A stretch of DNA of 58,569 bases from Acidimicrobiia bacterium (GTDB taxonomy: Bacteria > Actinomycetota > Acidimicrobiia > Acidimicrobiales > Aldehydirespiratoraceae): NCBI GenBank assembly GCA_024421095.1, contig JAHQYM010000003.1:1-58569 (forward strand), in the 5' to 3' direction. The notes under the pieces are model-generated. The model was not told the DNA's origin and did no database searches. It saw nothing but the letters and a program-made list of their open reading frames with translations. A program made the translations under genes and the position numbers. Shown here in pieces: positions 39,396 through 49,475 of this stretch (the stretch's first letter is position 1; each line of letters opens with the position of its first letter).

Positions 39396-41235
39396 CGGTT
39401 GCTGTCTCTTTTTCGGCGGGCGTTGTGCGGATCCGTTGAGAGGCAAGTCTGTTTTCTCCGAATGGTGCGAGATGCAGTTGACGTAGCCCGTATGTTGCCA
39501 ACTCAGCGAACGCTGGTGCTGCCACGGACCCGCCGCCGTAACTGCTGCCTTTGGGGTTGTCTACGACGACGATGGCGCTCAAGACCGGCCCTTGGTCGTT
39601 TTCAACGATACCTACGAATGTGGCTGTGTAGTGACGTTCGATTTCTTCTTCACCTGGGTCGCAATCATACCCCGCAACATGACCGCATGGTTGCCATGCG
39701 GTGCCAGTCTTGCCTGCGACTAGATACCCGGGTATGGCTGCGCGTTTTCCAGTGCCAGAACTAACCACGCCACGCATCATTTCCATCATTGCTTGGGCGG
39801 TTTTTGAGGACACGATTCTTGTACCGGAGTTGACGGATGCGTCTGAATCGGCCACAGACAGCAGCGTTGGGTCGGCGCGGACACCACCATTGGCGATAGT
39901 GTTGTAAGCCTGAATTAGTTGCAGCGGCGTGACCGCGATTCCTTGCCCGATAGCTGCATTTGGCAACGATAACGAGTTCTCGCCTAGGTCTCCGAGGATG
40001 CCGTTACTTTCCCATGGGAACCCTAATGCCGTACGGGTACCGAACCCAAACCTTTCAAACGTGTCTTGAAGTTTTTCTGCCCCCAATTCTTGAGCAAGAT
40101 AAACTGTGCCGGTGTTTGAGGAGCGTGCGAGAATACTCGCGGGTAGGTCTTGGGTGGTTTCACCCCAAGGAATACTCAAATCTTTGTAGATATGGTTTTC
40201 GACACCAACTTCGCGCTGAATTTCAATCGTTGCGGGTACCTCCACCGCTTGGTCGGCTCGCCAAACGCCGTGATCCAATACACCGGCTAACGTGACCGCT
40301 TTCATAGCAGATCCGGGCTCGTATGCCCAGATTGCGCTGCGGTTGTGTGTTGCACAGCTCACAACGCCGGTGTCAATGTTGCGTGTGGCACTAGCCATAG
40401 CGTAGATTTCACCATTGCGTGGATTTGACACGATGGCCATTGCCAATTCCGCTTCGGCTGTTTCCAAAGTACTTTCTAGTATTTGTTCAGCTTTGTGTTG
40501 AATGTTGCGGTCGATGCTCAAGGTGATGTTCTCACCTGGCGTGTGTGGCTCAATTATCTGGTAGCCACCAGGCATTTGTACTGCGCCGCTGATTTGTTTC
40601 TGCCGTAATGCTCTTCCTGCCGTGCCCCTGAGCCGCTCCTCGTATTGCTCTTCCAACCCACCGACGCCTTCGTGGTCTTTAGTGACTGTCCCGACTACTT
40701 CGAGTGCAGAACATTTGCCGTTGGGGTGGACGCGGGCTTGCTCTTCTTCTAGCCATATTCCGGGGATTTTGAGTGCCATAACCGCTTCGGCAACATGCGG
40801 TTCAACTTGACGGGCCAGACGGACATATTGACTGTTCAAGTTCAGTGATACGGCCAATTCCGCTGCTGTTTCTTCGCCGATGATGTTTGCCAAGGATTGC
40901 GCTATCTCTTCAACAGTGAGGGTTGTGTCTGCGCGCGCAATACGTCTGGGATCGGCTGCTATTGTCGGTCGTGGAATTGAAAGCGCTAGTGGGTGCCCTT
41001 GGCGGTCATAAATGTTTCCCCTAACTGCCTCAATGGTTTCTTCTTGGAGGTGGCTTCCTACTTCGTTGAGCAATTTTTCGTCTTGACTCAACTGCAAGTC
41101 CGAGAGCCGCCAAATACAGATGCCTGACAATATTATTAAAAGCGCGAAGGATAATCCGGCCCGCCATGGACGCACTAATAAATGCGCTTTCCCTTTGCTG
41201 CTTTTGCTCCTTTTGAAGAGTGGAATCATCTTCAT
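39388..41235 (-). CDS. ftsI: class B penicillin-binding protein (FtsI-type transpeptidase)
   Basis: N-terminal TM, dimerisation domain, SAMK (SxxK), SSN (SxN) and KTGTA (KTG) motifs. Confidence 0.92.
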   Translation of the reverse strand: MKMIPLFKRSKSSKGKAHLLVRPWRAGLSFALLIILSGICIWRLSDLQLSQDEKLLNEVGSHLQEETIEAVRGNIYDRQGHPLALSIPRPTIAADPRRIARADTTLTVEEIAQSLANIIGEETAAELAVSLNLNSQYVRLARQVEPHVAEAVMALKIPGIWLEEEQARVHPNGKCSALEVVGTVTKDHEGVGGLEEQYEERLRGTAGRALRQKQISGAVQMPGGYQIIEPHTPGENITLSIDRNIQHKAEQILESTLETAEAELAMAIVSNPRNGEIYAMASATRNIDTGVVSCATHNRSAIWAYEPGSAMKAVTLAGVLDHGVWRADQAVEVPATIEIQREVGVENHIYKDLSIPWGETTQDLPASILARSSNTGTVYLAQELGAEKLQDTFERFGFGTRTALGFPWESNGILGDLGENSLSLPNAAIGQGIAVTPLQLIQAYNTIANGGVRADPTLLSVADSDASVNSGTRIVSSKTAQAMMEMMRGVVSSGTGKRAAIPGYLVAGKTGTAWQPCGHVAGYDCDPGEEEIERHYTATFVGIVENDQGPVLSAIVVVDNPKGSSYGGGSVAAPAFAELATYGLRQLHLAPFGENRLASQRIRTTPAEKETATDE

Positions 41236-41666
41236 CGGTTAGCCGCGCTTGCACTACTTGCACTAAATGGATCGGTCTTCGTTGGTGGGTTCAATTGACC
41301 TGGAGGTAAAGACCCCAAAAGCGGCACTTCTGTCGAAAGTACGAAACCTGCGTTGGTGGCCGTGTCGGTTAGGCCGTTTGGTGCATCAAAACGCGCTCTT
41401 TGAGCGGAAAGAATCGCTTGATTATCGCCCAGTTCGGTGTTTTCTCGATTGATATCGTCTATCTTGGTTTGCGTTTGTACATGCATCCCAAACAGTCCTA
41501 CAACTACAAACCAAATTGCCAATGCGGCTAACGTCCCAAGAACTAACGGCGGCTTAAGGCTTCGCTGAACACGTTTGCTTTTCGGGTTGGCAACCAATCG
41601 CAATCGAGGTTGCGGAGTACTTCGGCCTACTCGAGGATGTTGTCGGGAGGGATTTGCTGCCATCAT
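41232..41666 (-). CDS. ftsL: FtsL-like septation membrane protein
   Basis: Basic N-terminus, single TM LVLGTLAALAIWFVVVGLFG and a short coiled coil; position between rsmH and ftsI. The ATG at 41666 forms an ATGA overlap with the rsmH stop. Confidence 0.7.
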   Translation of the reverse strand: MMAANPSRQHPRVGRSTPQPRLRLVANPKSKRVQRSLKPPLVLGTLAALAIWFVVVGLFGMHVQTQTKIDDINRENTELGDNQAILSAQRARFDAPNGLTDTATNAGFVLSTEVPLLGSLPPGQLNPPTKTDPFSASSASAANR

Positions 41667-42604
41667 GTGTCCGTTTCGAGTTTCTCCACTGCTCGCATGC
41701 GTGCCGCGGTGCATCTTGGATTACGGACGATTTCAGCGGCATCGGGTTTGCGCGCACCAGACCACAGCAACCGCACTGTTGCCGTTTTTTGGGGGTCTGG
41801 GGGCAAGGCGTAGCGTTTTGGGGTTGGTGCGTTGGCTGCTTCTCGGAAACATCGTTTGATGATGCGGTCTTCTCCAGAGTGGTAGGCCAATACCGCGCAA
41901 CGTCCTTGCGGTACTAATAGCGACAACGCTTGCTTGACGGCGCTTTCAAGGTGGCTGAGTTCTTGATTAACTTCGATTCTTATGGCTTGAAAGGTACGGC
42001 GAGCAGGGTGGCCTTTGCGGCGCTTCACTGCGGCGGGGAGAGCATCGCTTATCGTTTCAGCAAGTTCTTGGGTAGTGGCAATAGGGCGGGCAGCGATGAT
42101 TGCTGCGGAGATGCGCTGGGCGTTTTTTTCACCAGCGTTACGCCAAAGCAAGTCTTTCAATACAGCCCGGTCGTAGTTGTTGACTACATCGGCGGCGGTG
42201 AGTTGCATGCTAGGGTCCATGCGCATGTCGAGGGGGCCGTTGTGCCTAAAACTAAAGCCTCGCTGTGGGTTATCTAGTTGGAACGAACTGACTCCTAAAT
42301 CAAACAGGCAACCCGCCGCGCCTTGATGTCCGAAGCTTGCCAGCACTTCAGTAATGTGCTGAAATTCCTGGTGTACACCAATAAAGCGTTCGCCATGATG
42401 CGATAGACGTTTACGGGCAGCATTTAGCGCGTCTTGGTCGCGGTCAAACCCAATGATCTGCAGGTTTTCGTTGGCATTGAGCAGCGCTTCACTGTGCGCG
42501 CCTCCGCCGAGCGTAGCGTCAACCACGACACCGCTAGGAAGGTCGCGTAGCACTTCTGTCACCTCGGCGAGCATCACTGCTTGGTGGCAAAATTCAATAC
42601 TCAT
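41663..42604 (-). CDS. rsmH: 16S rRNA (cytosine1402-N4)-methyltransferase
   Basis: HQAVMLAEV, DATLGGGAHS, DLGVSSFQLD and SGEDRIIK motifs. The ATG at 42604 forms an ATGA overlap with the mraZ stop. Confidence 0.94.
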   Translation of the reverse strand: MSIEFCHQAVMLAEVTEVLRDLPSGVVVDATLGGGAHSEALLNANENLQIIGFDRDQDALNAARKRLSHHGERFIGVHQEFQHITEVLASFGHQGAAGCLFDLGVSSFQLDNPQRGFSFRHNGPLDMRMDPSMQLTAADVVNNYDRAVLKDLLWRNAGEKNAQRISAAIIAARPIATTQELAETISDALPAAVKRRKGHPARRTFQAIRIEVNQELSHLESAVKQALSLLVPQGRCAVLAYHSGEDRIIKRCFREAANAPTPKRYALPPDPQKTATVRLLWSGARKPDAAEIVRNPRCTAARMRAVEKLETDT

Positions 42605-43056
42605 TGAATTGGCTCTGTAATGTTGCTGCCGAGTTCGTATTGACGAATAAGGGGTGACACGAACTGGGCTGCTCCCGACGGGAAGTTGGCTTCCCAACGT
42701 TGTGGATTCCAGACCTCTACTCGTTCGAAGACCCCTGCCACTAAGACTTCACGATCTAAGCCGGCGAGGGTGCGCAACCGAGGAGGTAAGCGGATGCGTC
42801 CTTGAGAGTCTGGAGTGATTGTTTCGGCAAGACTCGCGAAGGCACGGAGATGGTCGGAGTTTGCTTTACCTTGGGCGACTTGCCCTTTGAGGCTGTTGGC
42901 CATACGCGCATATTCGTTTGGTGGCAAGATTGCTAAGCAACGGTCGTATGGCACCGTGACCGCTCCTGCGGCAAATTCCAACCGAAAACTGGCGGGGAGC
43001 ATGAGTCGACCTTTTTCATCAAGCGTGTGTTCGTAACTCCCCATGAAGTTGGCCAT
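42601..43056 (-). CDS. mraZ: division/cell wall cluster transcriptional regulator MraZ
   Basis: F.G.YEHTLDEKGRLMLPA N-terminus and a second SpoVT/AbrB-like repeat with DSQGRIRLP. Confidence 0.95.
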   Translation of the reverse strand: MANFMGSYEHTLDEKGRLMLPASFRLEFAAGAVTVPYDRCLAILPPNEYARMANSLKGQVAQGKANSDHLRAFASLAETITPDSQGRIRLPPRLRTLAGLDREVLVAGVFERVEVWNPQRWEANFPSGAAQFVSPLIRQYELGSNITEPIQ

Positions 43057-43093
43057 ATCACCTCCCCTCGGCGTTCTCTTCTGCCTTGGCGCT

Positions 43094-43137
43094 CCACCTT
43101 ATACCACTCTTTACCACTTTGCACCACTTCGACCCAC
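43094..43137 (-). promoter_or_regulatory. putative MraZ operator: five direct GTGG(N) repeats at exact 10-bp periodicity
   Basis: The minus strand reads GTGGG-tcgaa-GTGGT-gcaaa-GTGGT-aaaga-GTGGT-ataag-GTGGA, 38-81 nt upstream of the mraZ ATG. CCAC occurs on the plus strand at 43094, 43104, 43114, 43124 and 43134. Confidence 0.75.
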
Positions 43138-43283
43138 ATTTGAGGATTGTTGCCTCTTCGCGCTTGGGGGTGGGTTTAGTGCCGCCTACGACCGTTGCCT
43201 CAAGCCGCGATTCTGGAGGATCCCGGCTGTTCACACACAGAGGCTCGCGCCGCTACGCTATTGGGCCGCCGGTCGGAGGTCAG

Positions 43284-43568
43284 CTAGTTGATCGGGTTTC
43301 TGGCTTGAACGTTCTCTGCTTTACACCAACGCAACCACGCCAACACATCATCAACCACAATCCGCGCCTCGGGGTCTCCGTACTGGGTCGTGATCCGAAA
43401 ACGCATCAATGCCAAATCGGGAATAGGCAAATACGGGCGCTGTTTCCACCAGTCGTCAGGCACAAAACGCATCGCCGCGCGCAAAGCAGTCATCCACAGC
43501 GAAGGATGCGAGACAACACCAACCAAAAGCATAAGCGCGGTACCAAGATGGCCAAGTACGTGCATCAA
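43284..43568 (-). CDS. small hypothetical protein (one N-terminal hydrophobic helix)
   Basis: 94-aa ORF whose ATG overlaps the ROK gene stop (ATGA). No named family recognised. Confidence 0.55.
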   Translation of the reverse strand: MMHVLGHLGTALMLLVGVVSHPSLWMTALRAAMRFVPDDWWKQRPYLPIPDLALMRFRITTQYGDPEARIVVDDVLAWLRWCKAENVQARNPIN

Positions 43569-44464
43569 CGCCTCGAATCAATGCCAAGACTCAAACCGAG
43601 ACCCCTGAAACCAACCGCAGCAGCACCAACCAACGGACCATCCGCACCGAGCCCAGCCGGAATAATTCTAGTACCGAGCGAATGCTGCAGTTGCGCAACA
43701 CGATCGCACTCCCGTTGAGCTGCTGCGAAAAAATCTTCACCGAAACCCAAAGCAACAGACCCCGCCACAACCGCTAGTTGCAAATCCAACAAATTCGCAA
43801 CCGACCCCACTGCCCGACCGAGCAACGTCCCGGCACGGCAACGTTCAGAATGTGTCGCCTCACTCGCCGCTGCGCCAGTGCGAAACGATATTGCCGTGCC
43901 GCTAGCCTCCGCCTCAAGCACACCGCGCACATGACCCGGCAACTCCGTTCCCTGCGGTTCCACAACCACATGACCTATATGTCCGGCATTGCCAGTGTGG
44001 CCATCAAGTAGTCGACCGTCAAGCACAATCCCTCCACCAACACCAGTTGAAACGACCATTGCTATGTAATTGCGGACCCCAACGGCCGCTCCAAGCCAAC
44101 CCTCGCCGAGTGCCAAAGCCTTGGCATCGTTGTCCACAAAAGTAGGCACTCCAGACAGTGCAGCCAAACGAGCGCGCAAAGGAAAACTCCGCCAGACCTG
44201 AATATTCAGCGGCGACACCTCCTCACCGTTGGGCAACATCGGTCCGCCAGAGCCAACACCGCAGACATCCACCCCGCTGAGGTCAAACGCCTCAATCAAG
44301 CCAGCTAGCCGAGCGAAAAGCTCCTCGCCATGCACCGCACCAGTCGAAGCCACACGCCTACGCTGCAAAACCTCGCCCGCATTGGTCACAAGTGCAGCTT
44401 CAAACTTGGTTCCACCAATATCGACAGCCAGAGCAACAGACATAGCCAACAAACTAGTTATCAT
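43565..44464 (-). CDS. ROK-family sugar kinase (glucokinase-like)
   Basis: ALAVDIGGTKF N-terminal ATP motif and ROK-type GNAGHIGH region. Confidence 0.85.
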   Translation of the reverse strand: MITSLLAMSVALAVDIGGTKFEAALVTNAGEVLQRRRVASTGAVHGEELFARLAGLIEAFDLSGVDVCGVGSGGPMLPNGEEVSPLNIQVWRSFPLRARLAALSGVPTFVDNDAKALALGEGWLGAAVGVRNYIAMVVSTGVGGGIVLDGRLLDGHTGNAGHIGHVVVEPQGTELPGHVRGVLEAEASGTAISFRTGAAASEATHSERCRAGTLLGRAVGSVANLLDLQLAVVAGSVALGFGEDFFAAAQRECDRVAQLQHSLGTRIIPAGLGADGPLVGAAAVGFRGLGLSLGIDSRR

Positions 44465-44498
44465 TAACGCCGACGCAAGCGATATCGCCGGAGGATCT

Positions 44499-45476
44499 GT
44501 GCAGAATTTTGATTACGAGGAAACCCCAAGCGCATTCCAACAAGTCTTCGACGACATCACCACCAACATCGCCACCGTGGTCCGTGGCAAGAACGAGGTT
44601 ATCCACCTGCTCGTGCTCGCCTTAGTATGTGACGGCCATGTGCTCATTGAAGATGTGCCAGGTATCGGCAAAACTAGCCTCGGTAAGGCACTGGCGCGCA
44701 GCGTAGCCGGCAAATTTGGTCGAGTGCAGTTCACCCCAGATCTGTTGCCAACCGATGTGACCGGCATGTCAGTGTGGAATCGAGCCAACGAAACTTTCGA
44801 GTTCCGCTGTGGTCCTATCTTCTCCGATGTCTTGTTGGCAGACGAAATCAACCGCGCATCGCCAAAGACCCAATCAGCGCTGCTAGAAGCAATGGCCGAA
44901 CGTCAAGTCACCTCCGACGGGGTGACCCATGAACTCAAATCGCCGTTCATGGTAATCGCTACGCAAAACCCGATTGAACATGAAGGCACATATGCCCTGC
45001 CCGAAGCTCAACTCGACCGTTTCTTGATGCAGGTTGATATCGGTTATCCGAGCCAAGCAGCCGAAATGCAAATCCTGGAATCTGCTACCGGGATCAACAA
45101 TGCGGTAGACGAACTACCGGCCGTGGTGTCGGCTGAAACGGTCACCGAAATGTCTAAGTCGCTCGACAAGATCTATGTTGCGGCTCCGCTACGCCAATAC
45201 CTGCTCGATTTAGCGAATGCAAGCCGCAACCATCCTTCGCTCTCGCTCGGATTGTCACCTCGGGGTTTACTCGCGCTGCAACGCGTGGCACGCGCACAAG
45301 CTGCGGCGATTGGTCGTCAATACGTAACCCCCGACGATGTCAAACAACTCGCCAGCGTAGTGCTCCCTCACCGATTGCTGCTCAACAATCAGATGCGTAT
45401 GAACGGTCTACGCACGCGCGATGTCGTCACCGAAATACTGGACAGCGTTGCTATTCCTCGACCGCAACACCGTTAA
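44499..45476 (+). CDS. moxR: MoxR-family AAA+ ATPase
   Basis: Walker A GIPGIGKT, Walker B LLADEINRA, ATQNP sensor motif. A GTG at 44499 is preceded by GGAGGA. The ORF extension back to 44229 lies antisense to the ROK gene. Confidence 0.9.
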   Translation: MQNFDYEETPSAFQQVFDDITTNIATVVRGKNEVIHLLVLALVCDGHVLIEDVPGIGKTSLGKALARSVAGKFGRVQFTPDLLPTDVTGMSVWNRANETFEFRCGPIFSDVLLADEINRASPKTQSALLEAMAERQVTSDGVTHELKSPFMVIATQNPIEHEGTYALPEAQLDRFLMQVDIGYPSQAAEMQILESATGINNAVDELPAVVSAETVTEMSKSLDKIYVAAPLRQYLLDLANASRNHPSLSLGLSPRGLLALQRVARAQAAAIGRQYVTPDDVKQLASVVLPHRLLLNNQMRMNGLRTRDVVTEILDSVAIPRPQHR

Positions 45477-45490
45477 CAGGCACTAACAAG

Positions 45491-46654
45491 ATGCCGACCC
45501 GGGCTGGCTTTTTGGTACTCGCCGTCAGCGCAACGGTGGGCGTATTCGCGCGAGTTCTTGGCGGTATCGAATTCTTCGTGCCGGCTATCGCTGGGGTTTC
45601 AGCTGTGATCTTGGCAATGTTGCTTCGCTACCTTTCCCCATCGCAAGTGACGATTAGGAAACGTGTGACACCACAGTTTGTTCCCGCAGGTGAATCTGTG
45701 ATGGTTCATATCGAAGTTGCGAACACCAACAAACGCCGCTCCCCGTTAATGCGTTTCCACGATGCTATTGAGGGCACCGCAGGGTACGCACTCAATGTCG
45801 CTCCCCTCGCGGCTAAAACCGGCACCACGAGCGCTTCGTATCGGTTCCACGCCGACAATCGAGGCCTGTATGATCTCGGGCCGCTCAGCATATATGATCT
45901 TGACCCTCTAGGGCTGGTACAACGCAAACACAAAATACCGAGCACGGTACGCCTCATTGTGCATCCGCACCTTGAACCGATCCCAGCGTTGCCGGTTCGT
46001 TTTGTCGGCGACCCGTTTACGGGCCAGCAACACAAAGACACGCTCGGGTTGCAAGACGAAGACTTCAACGGGTTGCGCCCCTACACTCCCGGCGACGACC
46101 TGCGGCGTGTGCATTGGCTCTCTTCTGCCCGTCAAGATGAACTTCAAGTGCGACAACACCGGCCCCCGCATCACGGCCTGCTGAGTGTGATCATTGATAC
46201 TAGACCGCCGGGTCACACACCAACCGCGTTGGATGTCACCACATCAATAGCCGCTTCAATCGCAGCGGCAGTACTTGCGGCCAACGACGCAGTGCTAATC
46301 GAAACTACCGACAACCGCGCCACAAGTGAAATCATCGGAAGTTCGCAGCTAATCAACGTACTTGAATTTCTCGCTCCCCTCGCCGAAGGCGCAGACTCCA
46401 TCCACGCCAATGTTCCGAGTAGCAACTCCACGATAATCGCCGTTTCGGCAAACCCGTCTCTCGCAAACGACAGTGAAAAACGCTACGAATTCGCTCAACG
46501 CCTGCGCGCGCAACTAGTGATTACCACAGACACGCAACGCTGGGGCACCAACGACTCAGGTCATCGTGGGCCAGGTTGGATTCATCTGAGCGGCCCCAAT
46601 CAACTGCACAAATTCTTGATTCCGGGTATCCGCCGAACTGCGGTGCGTGCGTGA
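45491..46654 (+). CDS. DUF58 (vWA-like) protein, MoxR partner
   Basis: Signature F.GLRPYTPGDDLRRVHW and two N-terminal TM helices. Confidence 0.88.
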   Translation: MPTRAGFLVLAVSATVGVFARVLGGIEFFVPAIAGVSAVILAMLLRYLSPSQVTIRKRVTPQFVPAGESVMVHIEVANTNKRRSPLMRFHDAIEGTAGYALNVAPLAAKTGTTSASYRFHADNRGLYDLGPLSIYDLDPLGLVQRKHKIPSTVRLIVHPHLEPIPALPVRFVGDPFTGQQHKDTLGLQDEDFNGLRPYTPGDDLRRVHWLSSARQDELQVRQHRPPHHGLLSVIIDTRPPGHTPTALDVTTSIAASIAAAVLAANDAVLIETTDNRATSEIIGSSQLINVLEFLAPLAEGADSIHANVPSSNSTIIAVSANPSLANDSEKRYEFAQRLRAQLVITTDTQRWGTNDSGHRGPGWIHLSGPNQLHKFLIPGIRRTAVRA

Positions 46655-46656
46655 TT

Positions 46657-49038
46657 ATGCGCCAGAGGACCATGCGCCACATGCTCGCGTTGCTCGCTGC
46701 GGGTTGCGTCACAGCAACTTCGCTAGTGGCTGCGCTGACGCTCGCTCGGCTGTTCACTGATTCGTCTTTCTTGCCGAAAGTGTTGGCGCTGGCCGCAATA
46801 GCGCATCTACTAGCGCTGGCTTGTCGATGGTGGCGGATTCCACTACTGGTGTCAGCGGTGATTAGCGTTGTTGTGTTGGTTCTAGTCGGCAACGTCACCT
46901 TCTACCCCGATCAACGATTTTATGTTTTGCCCACAGCAGAAACGTTCAACGCGCTGTTAGTTGATTTGAGGGCTGCCGAGGTGGTTTTCACCGAATCAGT
47001 AGTGCCGGTGGAACCTCTGCAAGGTTTCGTGGTGGTTGCGGCCGTTTTCGTTTGGATGGCGGCTTTCGTGGCTGACACTGCGGCGTTTCGGAGACGGCTC
47101 GCGGTGGAGACTTTTATCCCTGCGACCATTCTGTTTGTGTTTACCGCGTTGATGGGCACCGACCGCAACCAAATCGTCTACGGTGTTGCCTTCACCGCTG
47201 CGGTCATCGCCAGCTTACTTTCACTACGTGCCCTCAATCAAACCGACCATACACTTTGGAGCACCGCTAAAGCTAACCGCGGAGTAGCAGCCTCGCTACG
47301 CGGTGGAGCCATTTTTGGGGTACTGGCGCTAGCAGTTGCTGGACTGGTCGTATCCCAATTTTCGCCAGCCGTTTCACAGCCGTTGCTGAACGTAAAGGAC
47401 CTGACCAAATCGCAACCAACACGCAACATCATTAGCCCGCTCGTCAATGTTTCCGCTTCGCTGGTCAATCAGAGCGACGAAGAAATTTTCTCGGTAAAGG
47501 TCGCTGAAAATGAACGTGATTATTGGCGGTTAATGGCACTCACTAGCTTTGATGGCAGCCAATGGCAACGCACTTCCAGCTTCGTGGAAGTCGGCAACTC
47601 AGAGGTCGGCAGCACAGCGAATATTGCCAATCGGCGCACGTTAACCCAAACCTTCACCAAAGCGGCGCGAAACTCCAGCGACATTTACCTGCCAGTCGCC
47701 AACGAACTTAGCCGGGTGATCGATAGCGGCGGACTCGAACTCGAATACGAAGTTGAGACCGGTGCGCTGGTTTATCACGCGGATTCTGCAACCCAAGCGG
47801 CAGGAGGTTTCACTTACACGGTAGAGAGTTTGGTGCCCGATTATGACCCAGCGCAACTCCCAGCACGCACCGCAGAGAATGTCAGCGAGGAGTTCCTGAA
47901 CGAATACACCCACCTGCCGCCTGTTTGTGGCCCAGACGAAACCGCTTTGGTCAACGATTGTTGGCCGCAAAGGATAAACGATCTGGCTCGCCAAGTCACC
48001 GCAACCGCCAGCAACGATTTCCGACGTGCCAGACTACTTCAAGACTTTTTCCGAGACCCACAGAACTTCACCTACGACCTTGATGTCGCTCACCAGCACG
48101 ACGTTTCAACGGCCGAACAATTTCTGTTCAACGTACGCCGCGGCTACTGCGAACAGTTTGCGTCTGTCTTCGCCGCCATGGTCCGCTCGCTGGGAATCCC
48201 CGCGAGAGTTGCAGTTGGCTACACTTGGGGTACTTGGGATCCTGACCGTCAAGAGTATGTGGTACGAGGCCACCACGCCCATGCTTGGCCGGAGGTTTAC
48301 TTCGCGGGTGTGGGTTGGGTTGCCTTTGAACCCACCCCAGGACGCAGCCGGGCATACGATGCCGACATCACCGGGCTCAATTTCGCGGCGCAATACCCAA
48401 GCAACGAAACTGGTGAGCGGAGCGAGTTCGGCGCTCTGCCCACACTAGCAAGCCCCGCAAACAATTTCGCCCCAACAATCCCTGCACCCAACCCCACCGC
48501 AGCCACCGGCCCCACAATTCCATCCAACATTGAAGTCAACGCCCCCTCCACCACGACCCGGGTTTTTGAGATCGCCCGTGTCGTCGCGCTTGTAACTATT
48601 GTGCTCGTGGCGTTCGCCCTCATAACCCCCACAAGTAAAGCAATCCAGCACCGCAGACACAAACGGCGAGCGGCAGATTCACCGTTGCTGCTCGCCGAAC
48701 TAGCTTGGGACGATGCATCTAGGGCACTGAAACTCCTCGGTTTGTCACCCCAACCGCATCACACGCCAATGGAAAGCGCTCGCCTAATAAGCCACACAAG
48801 AACCGATCTTGGTGCCGTGAACGAACTCGCTGCCAATGTCACCGCACTGCGCTACGCCGGTTCCCTAAGCGCAGATGCGTCTGCTGCACAACATCAAACG
48901 CAGTTAGCGCATAACGCCCGCAAGTCAGCATCACAGATCACTGGACACTGCCGCAAGATTAGCGGAATGCGCCGAGTTGCCCTCGCCGCGTTAGATCCGA
49001 GACCTCATTTACGGTCATCGGGACGTTGGAAACGCTGA
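46657..49038 (+). CDS. transglutaminase-domain membrane protein (TgpA-like)
   Basis: Multi-TM N-terminus; transglutaminase core GYCEQFASVFAAMVRSLGIPARVAVGY ... HAWPEVYF ... WVAFEPTP. The start is taken just after the DUF58 stop (ORF open from 46576). Confidence 0.88.
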   Translation: MRQRTMRHMLALLAAGCVTATSLVAALTLARLFTDSSFLPKVLALAAIAHLLALACRWWRIPLLVSAVISVVVLVLVGNVTFYPDQRFYVLPTAETFNALLVDLRAAEVVFTESVVPVEPLQGFVVVAAVFVWMAAFVADTAAFRRRLAVETFIPATILFVFTALMGTDRNQIVYGVAFTAAVIASLLSLRALNQTDHTLWSTAKANRGVAASLRGGAIFGVLALAVAGLVVSQFSPAVSQPLLNVKDLTKSQPTRNIISPLVNVSASLVNQSDEEIFSVKVAENERDYWRLMALTSFDGSQWQRTSSFVEVGNSEVGSTANIANRRTLTQTFTKAARNSSDIYLPVANELSRVIDSGGLELEYEVETGALVYHADSATQAAGGFTYTVESLVPDYDPAQLPARTAENVSEEFLNEYTHLPPVCGPDETALVNDCWPQRINDLARQVTATASNDFRRARLLQDFFRDPQNFTYDLDVAHQHDVSTAEQFLFNVRRGYCEQFASVFAAMVRSLGIPARVAVGYTWGTWDPDRQEYVVRGHHAHAWPEVYFAGVGWVAFEPTPGRSRAYDADITGLNFAAQYPSNETGERSEFGALPTLASPANNFAPTIPAPNPTAATGPTIPSNIEVNAPSTTTRVFEIARVVALVTIVLVAFALITPTSKAIQHRRHKRRAADSPLLLAELAWDDASRALKLLGLSPQPHHTPMESARLISHTRTDLGAVNELAANVTALRYAGSLSADASAAQHQTQLAHNARKSASQITGHCRKISGMRRVALAALDPRPHLRSSGRWKR

Positions 49039-49388
49039 CGAAAGCGCACCCCTGCTCCCCCAACTGCTTCCCGAAACGTGCCGCCGCGATAATGCTCGGT
49101 CATTTGTTGCAAGCCGACCCGCCCCAACCGTCGAGCATTCGTTTCAAACCACAAAACACTCGCCAACATCACCGCGAAACCAAGAAAAGCCAACGCAAAA
49201 TGCACTGAAAGCAAAAAGATCATCAATGTGACGCCGACTAGGAAACCGAAAGTCGCCCATTTGAGATTTCTGAACGCGTGGGTGTAGACGGTGGTTTGTG
49301 ACACCTCACGCGCCAAGTCGGGGTCACTCTCATAGAGATGATCCTCGATCTCGCTGAGAATACGTCGCTCGTCTTCTGACAAGGGCAC
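49005..49388 (-). CDS. DUF3040 membrane protein
   Basis: MPLSEDERRILSEIEDHLYESDPDLA N-terminus plus two TM helices. Confidence 0.85.
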   Translation of the reverse strand: MPLSEDERRILSEIEDHLYESDPDLAREVSQTTVYTHAFRNLKWATFGFLVGVTLMIFLLSVHFALAFLGFAVMLASVLWFETNARRLGRVGLQQMTEHYRGGTFREAVGGAGVRFRQRFQRPDDRK

Positions 49389-49475
49389 CGATCTTTCCTC
49401 CAGATATTTAGGCAGATCAATTGACGCACACGGTTAGTGCGGCATGTCTTGCAAAGGATACCCGCTAATCCAGTA

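Noticed and set aside
44229-44498. N-terminal 90-aa extension of the MoxR ORF
   Set aside because: The extension lies antisense to the ROK kinase gene and has Pro/Ser/Ala-rich shadow composition. A GTG at 44499 with a GGAGGA SD gives a normal-length MoxR.
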